Shown: positions 1 to 12,500 of the stretch, in pieces
Layout: each line of letters begins with the position of its first letter
How positions within the stretch are numbered: the stretch's first letter is position 1
IMG/VR virus record: IMGVR_UViG_3300049783_001607
DNA from: a virus
Reading direction: 5' to 3' (one strand)
Length of the DNA stretch: 64,000 bases
Position numbers and translations under genes: made by a program
Notes under the pieces: generated by a model
Databases searched by the model: none
What the model saw: the letters and a program-made list of their open reading frames with translations, nothing else
What the model was told of the DNA's origin: nothing

Positions 1-1
1 T

Positions 2-3000
2 GTAACTACTACATTTGAGTACGATAAATTTAGACAGGTTTTACAAAAAAAATCTGTTCAAATGCCTTTTTCAGAAGAGCAAATGAAAAAATTAGGTAGT
101 ATGGAGTTGTATAATACTCTCAAGTTATTGAATACTTCTATCCCTTTTACTAAGCGTAGAATGTCGTTTTTATCTCCTCTTGCTAGCGGTAGAACTATCA
201 CTGAAGAGTTTAATAATTTACAAGAATTATATGAATATGTGACAGATCACGAGTCTTATAAAATAGGCAGTGAAAAAGCTTGGGATTTAATTCTTGATAT
301 TTTGAGACAAAACCCTGAAAACTTATACAATTTTGTAGGGACGTTAACAGTTCCTTCTAATCAAAAAACAGGACATAAAAAATTCAATAAATTTAGCGAT
401 GTATTTACTAATAAACCTAACAAAGATTTAGATGTTAATATAGATTATATGGCTAACGAGTTTAATTTTGAAATTCTTAGTAAAGCGCATGAGTACGATG
501 TGTCTGGTAAACTACATGAAGCTTCTTCTTTAACTCTTTTATCTCAGTTAGTTAATGCGGTGTCGTTTGGAGGATTAAGTAATTTAACTTCTAAAAATTT
601 GCAGAATGCTATGATGAGTAAAATGATGCTTAATAGAGTTAGAATTGGTAAAGACTTAGCTCAAATAGCTAGAGATTTACATCCTACTGAAGAATGGACT
701 AAAAAATTAGTGGCTCGTTTGGAAAAAGGTGATGTATCTACTGAAGGATATTCTCCTGAAGAACAAGCTTTATATAGAGAAGTTATGCGTTTAGGTGTTC
801 ATGAAATGGCTAGACTAGCTTTTCAAAAATCTGATTCTGCCCTGATGGGTAAATTAATAAAAGGAACTGATATTATAGTAAATGAAGACGGTTTAGAAAT
901 TGAAGGGGATGAAATAGTTTATTCTTTAGATTCGCCTCAAATAAGAGCCAAAGTTTTAGGTACTTTACGTTCATCTTTCTTTAAAGATACCGTTAAAATG
1001 AAAATGTCTGGTTTTATAGGTACTGTTTCTGCAGCACACAAAGTAATAACTATGTTTACTGCTCCAGGACAATTACGAACAGGGAGACAAGGATATATTA
1101 AAGCTGTTTTTTTAAATAATTTTAAAGCGAAACCTTCTACTGATGAGACTACTTACATTGAGTTGCTTAGTGTAGTAGGCGCAGAAAAAATTATTAATGA
1201 ATATTTAATGCCTCAAGATTTAGTTGAAATTAGGACTAAAGGAGTTAAAACTAGTCAACCAGTTCTTAGGCCTTTATATTCTGTCGACTTAAAAGCGCTT
1301 GCAGCTGATCCTAATAAAGAAGTACTAGTTGTAGTTACTCCGGATTTAAAAGAAGAACCCCTTCTAGATATAAATAAATTTAACGCGTTAGATTCTAATG
1401 CTTTAATAAATATCGATGGTAAAACTATATATAAATGGTATTTACAAGAGCTGTATAATACAACTGAATCTATAAACGCTCTATTTGATAAATACGTTCT
1501 AGAAGAAAACATAGTAGAAAAGTATAACTTGAGATGGATGGATGTTGTTAAAGTATCTTCTCCAGACGACGGCATAAAAACTATAAAAGATACGGAAGCA
1601 TTTAAAAATTATTATAGACTTTCTTTTTCTTCTAAAACTACTGAAAAACAATTGGAAGGGGCTAGAGCAGAAATGATTTTAGAAACGCAAAGTAAAGATC
1701 AAGATGGCGATTCGATGTGGAAAGTAGTACAAGCTGAGGTTGTATTACCCACATACATTAAAAGTCAATTTAATATACCTAGCGGTACTTCTTTATCTGA
1801 GATAATAGGAACTGATTCAGGAAATCAACGTATTAACGCTACTAAATGGTTTGCAGCCAGACATAAAAGAAGAACTAAAATATATAATAAACACGTAGAT
1901 ACTACAAAAAGAATTTACGCTAATATAAGCGCTAAAAAAGGAGTAGAGTACGCTGAAGATATGCTTACTTATCTAGAGTCTTTTAATGACGACGATTTAT
2001 TAAATCCTGAAGCTATAAAAGTTATTAAAGCTAAAATGGAAAAAATTGAATTAGAAGAAATAGATTTTAAAGCGTCTAATTTTCTTAAAACTCTCGAAAC
2101 TGCTTTGACGCGTATACCGGGACAAAGTAAACAATCTGGTTTTATAGGTAACGTAGTAGAATTTTTAGATGCTCAAGGTAACGCTACTTTTGCAGCTACG
2201 GAGCATCTTGTGAATACAGGTGGAGATTTAGATATTGATACATTAAGTGTTCTTACTAAAACCGTAGGAAAATCAGGTGCCATAGAGGACCACACAATTT
2301 TTATAAAAGATGACGGAGGTTTTAATAATGACGATATGCTTGTTTCGTATGAGAAAGAAGTAAAAGATGTTAAAAACAGAGTTAAAAAAGGAGTGGCTCA
2401 ATTAAATGTTGAAGCTAGTAAATACATAGAAAAAAGAGCGTACAAGAAAAAAACTAATACCTCTTCGGAAAGAGCAGAAAGGCTTGAAGAACAATATCAA
2501 AGAGCTGTCAAAATATTTATAGATCCAGCAAAAGAAAAAGAATTAGTAGAAGCAGCTGTTAAAAGAGTTCATGAAAAATATGAAAATATTATATCTAATG
2601 CAATTGCAGACGGTGTGTTTAGAGCGTTAGATAATCCATCTACCGCTGTAGAATTAAACACTCCTATTTCTATGGGTATGTTTTTTCCTATTATGGATAG
2701 ATTAGCTAAATTAGATACTACTACTAAAACCAGATATTCAGGCGAAAATTACACTGCTATATTCCAGTATGAAAATCTTGCAGCTCAGGGTAAAGAAGCT
2801 ATTGGAATATACGCTACAGTATTAAAAATTAACTCGGCTATTCAAGCTGCTAAAATAAATTTTGATTACAATTATAAAAATAAACTTGGTAGACAGCAAT
2901 CTAACCCTTTTAATTTTGTTCATTCTATAACTTATACAAATACAGAAGGAGAACAAACTCTTAAACCAAGAAACGGATTTGCTGATTTAGATAGATTTCC

Positions 3001-6000
3001 TATAATGCAAAGTATTGAAAAATATGGCCCTTTACAAAATGCTTTAAAAAACATTATAGGTAGGACATCTACGTTTGATTCTACTACTGTAAATACTCTT
3101 GTAGCTTTATTAGAAGACAGTGTTGTTAAATCACTTCAGATAGAAAGTAATAGACATAAAGCTCTAGATTTACTTCAAAAGCAGGCTTTGGGTGAAATCA
3201 CAGGCCAAAATATTGATAATGAAGCGATTAAAGATTTTAGAGATAGAATAGATAATCATGCTTTTGTAATGGAAGAATCTGAAGCTGCTGAATTATTTGA
3301 ATTATTTAATGAAGACATAAATAGCTCTCAAGGACGGGGAAAAATTATAAGCGTATTAAATGATACAATAGTAGATTTAAATGAAATAAGTTTTACTGAC
3401 AGACAAAACGCTGTAAACACTGTTCTTACTTTATTTGATATTGAATTACCTGTTGAAGTAGCGGAATCTGATAATATTATAGCAGCATTTACTTCTTTCT
3501 TAAAAAAAGAAGGTAACGAAAAATTAATATCCAAAGCTTTTATAAACGTAATGGGTAAACAACTTAGTAATGATGTGCAGTCCCAGTTTTTATCGGCTGC
3601 AACAGATAACGCTAAAGCTTTAATTCTAGGTAAAATTAAATCTAACTCTCTTACTAATCCTGTAATTACTACAATGTTATTATTAGGCTACGATACAGAT
3701 GTTATAATTGATTTTTTATACGATCCTAAAATAGTTAAAGTATTTGATTATTTTTTAAAGCAGAAAAGTAAATTACAAAGAACTAGAGTTACATCTAGAG
3801 AAATTAAACTTTCTAAATTAGATATGAGCTCTGACTCTGTTAGAAGTTTAATTGATATTCTTGATATCAGTGAACGAGTTACTAAATTTAGAGCTTTAAG
3901 AAGTTTAAATGAAAATGCTCAAATAGAACAATACAAATTAGATAAGATATTATTTGATGTAGCAAGCGTAGATAAAAAAGGGAAAATACCTGGGTCACAT
4001 ATTCTTTATAAAGCTATTATAGATGATGACATCTCAGTATTATCAAAATTAAAAGGAGCTGAAGGATTAATATTTGATACTGCTTCTTTAATATTTTTAC
4101 ATCCTCAATCTAGATCGTTATTTATGAGTATTTATGAAAGCGAGAATTTTAAGTTACCGGCAGTATCAAATGTAGTAGGAGAATTAAGAAAAATGATTGA
4201 TAGTAAATCAGGAGGAATGGAAGCTTATAAAAACATTAATTCTTATATTTCTAAAATGCAAGTTGTTATGTTTTTAAATAGACGAGATGAGGACGGAAAA
4301 GTATATAAGTTTGGTAATGTTGTAAAATTACATGAAGATGGTTCATATACAACAAGTAAGGTACCTTTAAATAACCCTGATAAAAGAGCAGAATTTGTAG
4401 AGAATTTTGGAGATTACTTAAATAAAACTTTAAAAGATATAGCTCAAATTAAAGTTGACAACCCTAAATTTTTATTAGGAGATAATGCGGCTTTATCATC
4501 TTTAGGGTATATGAAAATATTCGGAGCTTCTAAACCTGTTTTTGGTTTCCCCAAACTTAAAAACGATTCGGTAGATAATATAGATGTTGCACTTATATTT
4601 GAAGGTATAAAAGAATTGCAGATAGGTACAGATATAGAAGAATTAGACATTAAACATTCAGAACTTTATAGAAATCTTTCTTTATACGCGCTTATTGTTA
4701 GTGCTGGTGAAATTAAAAAAGGGACTATGATAGAAGTGTATGAAGATTTAAATTTAGAATTATCTAAGTTTGTTAAAAGTATGACCATAGAAGATTATGA
4801 AAAATTTAGAGTTACCGATGAACTTACTATCCGTATTTTACAAAATAGAGTACCTACTGAAGAAGAGTTAAAAAAAGAGAAAGAATTAAACGACGCTAAA
4901 TTAGGGTATGGTGAAGAAGATCAACTTGATCCTGCAGAGTTTTATTCGGGAGAAGAAGATACACAAGTATCAGAAGAAGATATAGAAACTGGAGAAAATG
5001 AAGAAGAATTTGATATTCCTGTTAGTTATAATTACAGCTACAAAAGAGTTGTTTATTCTCCATTAGTTCTTGATAAACAATTTAAAGGTACTATGTCTAA
5101 TATTGGACAGGTATTTAAATCTGTTGATCCTTATTTAAAAGGATCTCTTTTTTACGCTCCTAAATATAATGAAATAGCGTATAGACTATTTCCCTCTAAT
5201 GCAGCAGAAACTCTTCCTAATACATTTAATCAAGCTGCTTTTACAAAAGAAGGAATTAAAATACCTGATAGTATAGCAAATACTCTTACTTTAATAGGTT
5301 TGCAAGTAGGTTTTTCTAGTATATACAACGGACAAGAAATTAGAATTATGGGATTCGCAGGTAATAAGAGGCCTGAAAACGCAAGTTCTTATGCAGATTA
5401 TTATATTGTACTCACTAGAGACGGGCTTAAAGAAATAGCTGGAGCGCATTTAATGAAATATAATGACGATCTTTTATTACAAGGAAATATTATAGAAGAA
5501 GTTAGTAGTACAAACATAGGTAATCTTGATAATTTAAAAGATATCTATTTAGATACTATTCAAGAAATTTCAGATATCCCAATTAATGTAGGTAAAGTTA
5601 TTGATAAAGATATTAAAAGTCTTTATAACAATGAAGACATTATTAATGACTCTATATTATCCCAAGAATTTGAAATGGCGGGTATAAAAGATATACTTAA
5701 AATAGACGATAAGAATTTGCTTAAAAACACTTTATCTTATAGTAAGTATTATAGTCAAGACGTATTTCCTACTGCTTCTTTTGGCAGTAAAGAAATTATG
5801 ATCCCTTCATTTAATTCTGCTGTTGATGGTGGAAAACTTCTTAAAGGCTCTATAATGAAAGAATTAATGTTTAAAGCTATGAATAGACTTAATGATCTTG
5901 ATAAGGGAGAGTCTATTACTTTTTACGGGATTAAAGCCAATACAGAGTTTAGAAAAAAAAGTAAAGAAACTTTAGTTGGAGGAATAGATACTCTTCTTCA

Positions 6001-6526
6001 GCTGTTTAAAGTCAAAGCGTTAAAAGCAAGTAAACCTGTAAGAGGGGTTATAAACTTTGGCAACGGGGCTTATTCTGCTTTAGTAGAGCAGGACACAGAT
6101 TATGGTGCTTATAGAGTTATTATTACTAAAAATGATTCCAATACTAAAATGCTTGTAGCTGATAATTCAGTAAGCGTGTTCAAAGTAAAAACAAATGACG
6201 AAAAAGTTTCAACTACAGATAAAATAGGTATTTCAGGAAACTTAAAAGCACTCGAATTAAATATAATAAATACAGCGGCTTTTAAATCTATTGAAGTTGC
6301 TAAATTAAAAGGTACCTTAATAGTTGTAGAAGCTAAAAATAACACTAATTTAGTATATTTTAAACAAGGAAGCAATTCCACTAATGAAATATATAAAGAA
6401 TTAGTTAATACAAAAGGACCTCTAGGACTTTCTAAGACTACCTTTAATGTTAATAATGATACTTATGAAGAATTAATGAGTATTATAGAAAAAGATAAAT
6501 CAGAGTTTATTAATAAATCTTGTTAA
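2..6526 (+). CDS. Virion-packaged DNA-dependent RNA polymerase (crAss-like, phi14:2 gp66-type); 5'-truncated by the window edge
   Basis: Catalytic DxDxD motif GGDLDID (nt 2219-2239) preceded by RIPGQSKQS (from nt 2111); frame is open from nt 2, so the ATG at 62 is probably internal; size >2170 aa. Confidence 0.9.
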   Translation, partial: VTTTFEYDKFRQVLQKKSVQMPFSEEQMKKLGSMELYNTLKLLNTSIPFTKRRMSFLSPLASGRTITEEFNNLQELYEYVTDHESYKIGSEKAWDLILDILRQNPENLYNFVGTLTVPSNQKTGHKKFNKFSDVFTNKPNKDLDVNIDYMANEFNFEILSKAHEYDVSGKLHEASSLTLLSQLVNAVSFGGLSNLTSKNLQNAMMSKMMLNRVRIGKDLAQIARDLHPTEEWTKKLVARLEKGDVSTEGYSPEEQALYREVMRLGVHEMARLAFQKSDSALMGKLIKGTDIIVNEDGLEIEGDEIVYSLDSPQIRAKVLGTLRSSFFKDTVKMKMSGFIGTVSAAHKVITMFTAPGQLRTGRQGYIKAVFLNNFKAKPSTDETTYIELLSVVGAEKIINEYLMPQDLVEIRTKGVKTSQPVLRPLYSVDLKALAADPNKEVLVVVTPDLKEEPLLDINKFNALDSNALINIDGKTIYKWYLQELYNTTESINALFDKYVLEENIVEKYNLRWMDVVKVSSPDDGIKTIKDTEAFKNYYRLSFSSKTTEKQLEGARAEMILETQSKDQDGDSMWKVVQAEVVLPTYIKSQFNIPSGTSLSEIIGTDSGNQRINATKWFAARHKRRTKIYNKHVDTTKRIYANISAKKGVEYAEDMLTYLESFNDDDLLNPEAIKVIKAKMEKIELEEIDFKASNFLKTLETALTRIPGQSKQSGFIGNVVEFLDAQGNATFAATEHLVNTGGDLDIDTLSVLTKTVGKSGAIEDHTIFIKDDGGFNNDDMLVSYEKEVKDVKNRVKKGVAQLNVEASKYIEKRAYKKKTNTSSERAERLEEQYQRAVKIFIDPAKEKELVEAAVKRVHEKYENIISNAIADGVFRALDNPSTAVELNTPISMGMFFPIMDRLAKLDTTTKTRYSGENYTAIFQYENLAAQGKEAIGIYATVLKINSAIQAAKINFDYNYKNKLGRQQSNPFNFVHSITYTNTEGEQTLKPRNGFADLDRFPIMQSIEKYGPLQNALKNIIGRTSTFDSTTVNTLVALLEDSVVKSLQIESNRHKALDLLQKQALGEITGQNIDNEAIKDFRDRIDNHAFVMEESEAAELFELFNEDINSSQGRGKIISVLNDTIVDLNEISFTDRQNAVNTVLTLFDIELPVEVAESDNIIAAFTSFLKKEGNEKLISKAFINVMGKQLSNDVQSQFLSAATDNAKALILGKIKSNSLTNPVITTMLLLGYDTDVIIDFLYDPKIVKVFDYFLKQKSKLQRTRVTSREIKLSKLDMSSDSVRSLIDILDISERVTKFRALRSLNENAQIEQYKLDKILFDVASVDKKGKIPGSHILYKAIIDDDISVLSKLKGAEGLIFDTASLIFLHPQSRSLFMSIYESENFKLPAVSNVVGELRKMIDSKSGGMEAYKNINSYISKMQVVMFLNRRDEDGKVYKFGNVVKLHEDGSYTTSKVPLNNPDKRAEFVENFGDYLNKTLKDIAQIKVDNPKFLLGDNAALSSLGYMKIFGASKPVFGFPKLKNDSVDNIDVALIFEGIKELQIGTDIEELDIKHSELYRNLSLYALIVSAGEIKKGTMIEVYEDLNLELSKFVKSMTIEDYEKFRVTDELTIRILQNRVPTEEELKKEKELNDAKLGYGEEDQLDPAEFYSGEEDTQVSEEDIETGENEEEFDIPVSYNYSYKRVVYSPLVLDKQFKGTMSNIGQVFKSVDPYLKGSLFYAPKYNEIAYRLFPSNAAETLPNTFNQAAFTKEGIKIPDSIANTLTLIGLQVGFSSIYNGQEIRIMGFAGNKRPENASSYADYYIVLTRDGLKEIAGAHLMKYNDDLLLQGNIIEEVSSTNIGNLDNLKDIYLDTIQEISDIPINVGKVIDKDIKSLYNNEDIINDSILSQEFEMAGIKDILKIDDKNLLKNTLSYSKYYSQDVFPTASFGSKEIMIPSFNSAVDGGKLLKGSIMKELMFKAMNRLNDLDKGESITFYGIKANTEFRKKSKETLVGGIDTLLQLFKVKALKASKPVRGVINFGNGAYSALVEQDTDYGAYRVIITKNDSNTKMLVADNSVSVFKVKTNDEKVSTTDKIGISGNLKALELNIINTAAFKSIEVAKLKGTLIVVEAKNNTNLVYFKQGSNSTNEIYKELVNTKGPLGLSKTTFNVNNDTYEELMSIIEKDKSEFINKSC

Positions 6527-9500
6527 ATATGAAGTGCGCTATATCAGTAAATATAAATAAAGGAACGGCTTTAAATGAAGTAAAAATGTATGGGGCTAAA
6601 AGTGTTCTAGATCTATCAGAAGTTAAGGTAGATAAAAACACTTTAAATTCTAAAATGTCGTTTCCTAGAAATACTAAATTAGCTAAAAATCCTGATTTAT
6701 TCAATAAAGGGGCTAGTTATATATTCTCTAATTCTGGAAAATTTATAGCCGATGATTTTAAAGCTTTGAACGTATTGAAGGACCCTAAAATTTTATCTGA
6801 ACTGGTATCAAGTGGCTCTAATTTATATAAAGGCATAGCGGAAGAGTTTTTTAAAAGAAAAAAAGACAGTCTTATTAGTAATACACCAAACAATACTTCT
6901 AATTATGTTATTAATAATTTACAAGGCAAACCGGTGCCTAGCAGTAATAGTAGAACTTATTTAACTATAACTAGAGAAGATTTAGCTAAAGCTAGAAAAA
7001 TAGTTAATAAAGAATTTAATAAAGTGGATGATCCGTATTTATTAGAAGCTACTAGAATATTTAATGAAGGACTAGAGTTTTTAATTATTTCAAGTCTTTA
7101 TAGAGGTTTTGATGTTGTTATAGAAGGCCCTATAGAAAGTACAATAGTAGATAAAGCTATAAATAAATACAATGTTAAATTAGGGTCTAAAAAAGACGTT
7201 ACTAAACTGACTACAGATAATATATTTTCAGGAGGTGCTAAAGTTTTAAATCCGGTTGCTCACATAGCTATAGAGGAGGCATATAAAAAAAATAAATTTA
7301 AAGGGTCTATTATAAATACTAGTAATTTAGTATTGAATATGTTTACAACTAAAAACGAGCGTAAAACTTTAGAAAAGCATAAAAAAGCTTCTACTAATTC
7401 TAGAATTTTAGTAGCTAATAGAATTATCAAAGTATTTAAAAATATTATACCTAATCTAGAATCTGAAATATTATCTACTTATGAAATTGCAATGATATAT
7501 GGCGATACTTTCGCTAATAAAAAAGGTTTTATAATCGGTAATAAAATTATACTTAACGCAGATACATTTTCTATGGACACAGTGTTTCATGAGTTCAGTC
7601 ATTATTATTCTGCCTGGCTTAAAGAAGACAACCCTGAGATGTTTTCAAAATTAATGGAAGTCACTGAAGAAAAACATGCGGATCTTATCTCTGGGTATAC
7701 AACTATGTATGAAAATACAGGACTTAAATTTAGTAAGAATGATATTATAGAAGAAATTTTTGCTGATCAAATAGGTATGAAAGCCGCTAAGGAATTAGAT
7801 CAAGCTATGGATGAATATGTAGACGATTCTTTTGAAGAAACTATAGATAAATTTTCTCAAGCTTTTCTTATTAAATTAACAGGTAATTCTAAAGCTTTAT
7901 TAAATAAATCAGGGTTAACACTTGATAGTACAATAGCTGACGTATTTAATATAGGGATTCTATATGCAGGTGAAAATACTTCAGAATTGTTAGAAAGAAT
8001 TTCTAGTGACGAGATAAATAGATTTAAAGATTTTTTTATAGATAAATACTCAGTAAGAGAAGTATATAACGGATTAGTAAATAGAGGTTTAATTACATTT
8101 GCAGGAAACAATAAAATAGTCCTTAGAGATATAAATGGTAATAGATACGATGAAAATGGAGTATTATCTAAAAACTCTAATAAGACAGTGACTTTTAAAC
8201 CTTGGGATACTTATGATAATATTAAATACAACAATAAAAAGTTAGATGAAATAACTGGGTATTTAAACAGATTTAAAAATTACGCGTCTGTAATGTTTTC
8301 TATAAAAAATACTGCTCATGAAGTTCAAGATATAATACAAAATCATTCTAATAACATTACTCTTGATATCATATTAAATAAATATAAAGACACTAATAAT
8401 AATATTTTTAATAGAACCACAGAGTACATTACTGATGAATTTACAGATGGTAAAGCTACAGAAGATTATATAGTTCTTAAAGTATACAATGAAAGAATAA
8501 CAGCTTATATTGAAAAAGAGCTTGCAAAAGAAGGTGTTGAAGATACGGTAGAACTTAGAGAAGCAGCAAAAGAATATGCTTTAGAGTATATAACTAGTCC
8601 TACATTTGCCAACTCGTTTAAAAAATCATATAATAAAGTAGGTGAATTATTTAAATTTAAAACAGAGGAAGGTACATATTTGCACACATTAGCTGAGCTT
8701 TATTTTAGAACTCTTAATTTTAGTAATAAAATACAATATAATACCAAAAGAGAAGGAGGTTTTATGCATTTTGCTAAAGGTATCTCTGAAGCTATTGGTT
8801 CTACTGATGTAGCAGAATTTGAAAAATATTTTGAAACTAATTTTTTTAATGAATTACAAGGACAAGAAGGTTCTCCAGAATATAAATCTTTTCTTGACGC
8901 ATATAATTTTATAAAAGAAACCAAGATAAAAAGAGATGTAAAATCTATTGCGGCATCTGCTAAATTTATAGCGTTGTTAGAAAAAGAAGTTATTCCACAT
9001 ATATTAGATCTTCCTGGTCCAATAGTACTTATGCCCGAAGTTAAATTATCTAGCAAATCTTTTGGTGTAGCAGGAACAATAGATTTAATAGTAATTGACG
9101 GTACTGGAAAAGCTAGAATATTTGATTTTAAAACTAAAGAAGAAAATAAACGACCTTTTTGGAATTACTCTAGGCATTTAAGAAGATTAAAAGGGGTTAT
9201 GTCAGGTTATTCAGACAATGCCATGATAAAAGCTAGTATTCAAACATCCATGTATAAAGTTATGCTTAAAGAAATGGGTATTGAAGTAGTAGGTTCAAAA
9301 ATATTTTACGTGGAAAGTTCTTTACAAAGTTCTGTACATACAGATGATCAGTTTGCAAAAGCAGAACAAATGCATTACAACCCTAAAAATATTTTTATAG
9401 AAGGTGTTCAAGATGTTTCAGCTGAACTTTTAGATCATTTTAAAAAAGAAGGTAAAGAAAGCGAGTTATTTACAGAAGTAAATTTACAAACTGCCGTATC

Positions 9501-12500
9501 AAATGCTATAATAACAGCTTCGGGAGGTATTAATATAGATGTAGACGATAATTTAGAAGCTAAAGCAAAAGGTATTTATGAAAGAGCTCTTAGAGATTTG
9601 AGTAAAATTAAAAACGGCTCCGTTGCAAGTAAAGCAGAAATAGATATTCTTAGCCAATTTAATTTAAGTAGAGGTTCAAAAGTCAGTGATAAAAATACAG
9701 GATTAAAAGTATTTTTAGGAGGTAGATTAACTGAAACTTTAGAGGCTGGTGTAATGGGTGATGACGCTATTCAAGCTATTGTAGACCTTCTTAAAAATAG
9801 AAAAGCGGTTAGAAATATGGCCAGCTCTTTAGAAACTGTGTTTAATTCTATGGACAGAAGTTCTAATGAATCAGAAGATTCCGGTTTATCTAGGGATTTA
9901 GATTCTGCTTTTAGAGGAGTTCTAGCTGACACTGATTCTACTACTCATGAATTAACTAGACTCGCTTCTAATATAAATTATGGTTTAGACTTTAGTGATG
10001 TATTATTTGTAAAAAATAAAATAACGCATGAAAATAGAGTAGTAATTTTAAATCACGATCGATCTAAACTATTACCTTTCGGCCCAGGACATAACAATAT
10101 TTTTGGTAAATATTTATCTAATAATGGCGCAAGAATAGCTTTACCCACAATAAATTGGAAAGGTACTAATCATAATATGAGACTTGTTAAAGCGGGCATA
10201 ATGATGGCTTTACAAAAATCTATAGATCCTTCTTTTAACGTTAATTTAATAGTATCTAATAAAGCTGAAGGCCAAGAAAATACTAATATGTCTGTACCTA
10301 ATTTATATGATATGAGTACTTTGTTATTAGTAACTAAAACTTTGTTAATTAATATGAAAGCTGCTGGAGAAGTGTTGCCTCCTGAAATTGAAGCTTTGTT
10401 AGATACTCCAAGTTTATTTGATTCTAAAAATTATATGGCTAATCCTATAACAGCTTTAAGCGAGTTTTTAAGTATGGCTACTGGAGATCTTGTTAAATCT
10501 AAAGATGTATATTTTGGTACTGGACTTAAACGTAAGAACGAGTTGATAAAAGTACTGGATAACTATCGGGGCAGACAAGATACTCAAGGTCTTATAGATT
10601 CTCTTTTAAATTTTCAGAAATCTGTAGAATATAAGCTTAAAACTGATGATGATAAATTAAGAAGTGACTTATGGACTTTATTAGATCATGTAATAATGGA
10701 TTTAATGGGACTTAATTATGCTATGAGCCCTAAAAATACTACTTTTAGTAATAATTTTTTAGGGACTACATCTAAAATGTCAAATCATTTAGGATCGTTT
10801 TTTAACAGGAAAATAGCAGCCAGTCAAACAGCAGAAAAAGAAGCGTTTATTGAATATAGAAATGAGCATGCTGTATGGCTGAATAAATTAGCTGAAGAAA
10901 AAGGAATTAGTCTAACAGGAGGTAGATCTTTATATATGGATAGTATGAAGTCAATTTTTAAAAATCTTTGGTCTACTGATAACAAAGACAGAGAGACAGC
11001 TTTTGTTTTAAAGAACTACAAAACAGGAGCTAATTTATCTTCTTTAGAACGAAAATATTTAAAATATCTTGAGGAAGTTTTTACAAAATTTGGAAATCAA
11101 TCCTCTTTTAGTAAAATAGAAATCCCTGCAGGATGGTCCCCTTTAGTTAAAAAATCTAAACTTAGTTATAGAAATGATACGTCGGCTTTTGAGAGAGCTA
11201 GAAAAACTGTAAAAGATTTGAATTTTAATCGTGCAATGAAAGATGAGGATAATATTTCTCCAATAGAGTCTGAATTTGCTGTAGAATCAAAGTTTAAAGG
11301 GCAATTACCTAATAGCAAATCTCATAAAGAAGAGCAGTTTTCAGATTCTAGAAGGAGTTTATTAGGTTTAGATAGTAATATGATTCCTTTTAATAATGTT
11401 GAGGATAATCATCCACTTGACATGTTAGAAGATAACGTAGAAAATATAGTAGACGCTTTTGTATCAGCTTCTTTAGATGCTTACCACTACAGAGAAATAT
11501 CAGCTTTTGGTAGATCTTTATATTATAATATAAAAAGATATGAGAGAGTAAGTAAATTACCTTATCATAAAATAATTGAAACAATTTCTCTTATACAAAA
11601 AAGAGTAATCAACCATGAAGAATCGGATGCCAATAATAAAGTAATGAATGTTGTAGATGGGTTTGCCACTAATGCAGCGATTGCAGGTACTGTTGGTCAA
11701 GCATTATTAGAGACATTTACTAACCCGTTAGTAACTACAGCTCATTACGTTTCTGATAAATTATATGGTACTCTATTTAAAGGTACTAGAGAATTTAGTC
11801 TTAAAAGTTATACTACCGCTGTTGGAATGGTTACAGGCGGTAATACAGAAACTAAATCTCTTATCAGAGCTATAGATAGTTTATATGGAATATCTAATTC
11901 AGATACTAGGGCTTTAAAGCAAATGCTTAAAATGATTGAAGGAAGAAGTTTATTTCAAAGCAGTAAGCTTATGTTTATTAATAAAATTATGATGCAAACA
12001 TGGCAAAAAGTAACTTTAGTAGCTTATATGTTAGAGCAAGGTACTTTTTTTGCTCATAGTCTTGATTCAGTAGGTAATCTTGTATACGATGAATCTAAAG
12101 ATAAAAGATTTAAAACTAAGGAGGGTAAAAAATTATACAGTGCTGTAAAACTAGAGCTTTCAAAACAAAAAAACGGGTTGACAGGTAACTCTACTGATGA
12201 ATATGAAGATAGAAAACTTAACAAAGCATGGACTGTATTTGATAGTAATCATGTAAAAGAATTAATAGTTGAGTTATACTCGTCTTTAGATGATACGTCT
12301 AAATCTCTTTCTATGTACTATACTTGGATGCAATTCATGATTAAATTTAGATCTTGGATATTTTCTAAAGTACCTAGATATTTTCAAAAACCCTTAACCG
12401 CAGAAGAAAATGAATCTGCTGGAAGACCTACTAAAGTATTGGATCCTAATGAAGAAGATGGTTATAGAATAGAATTTAAAGGAGAAGCTACTGAAGGAAT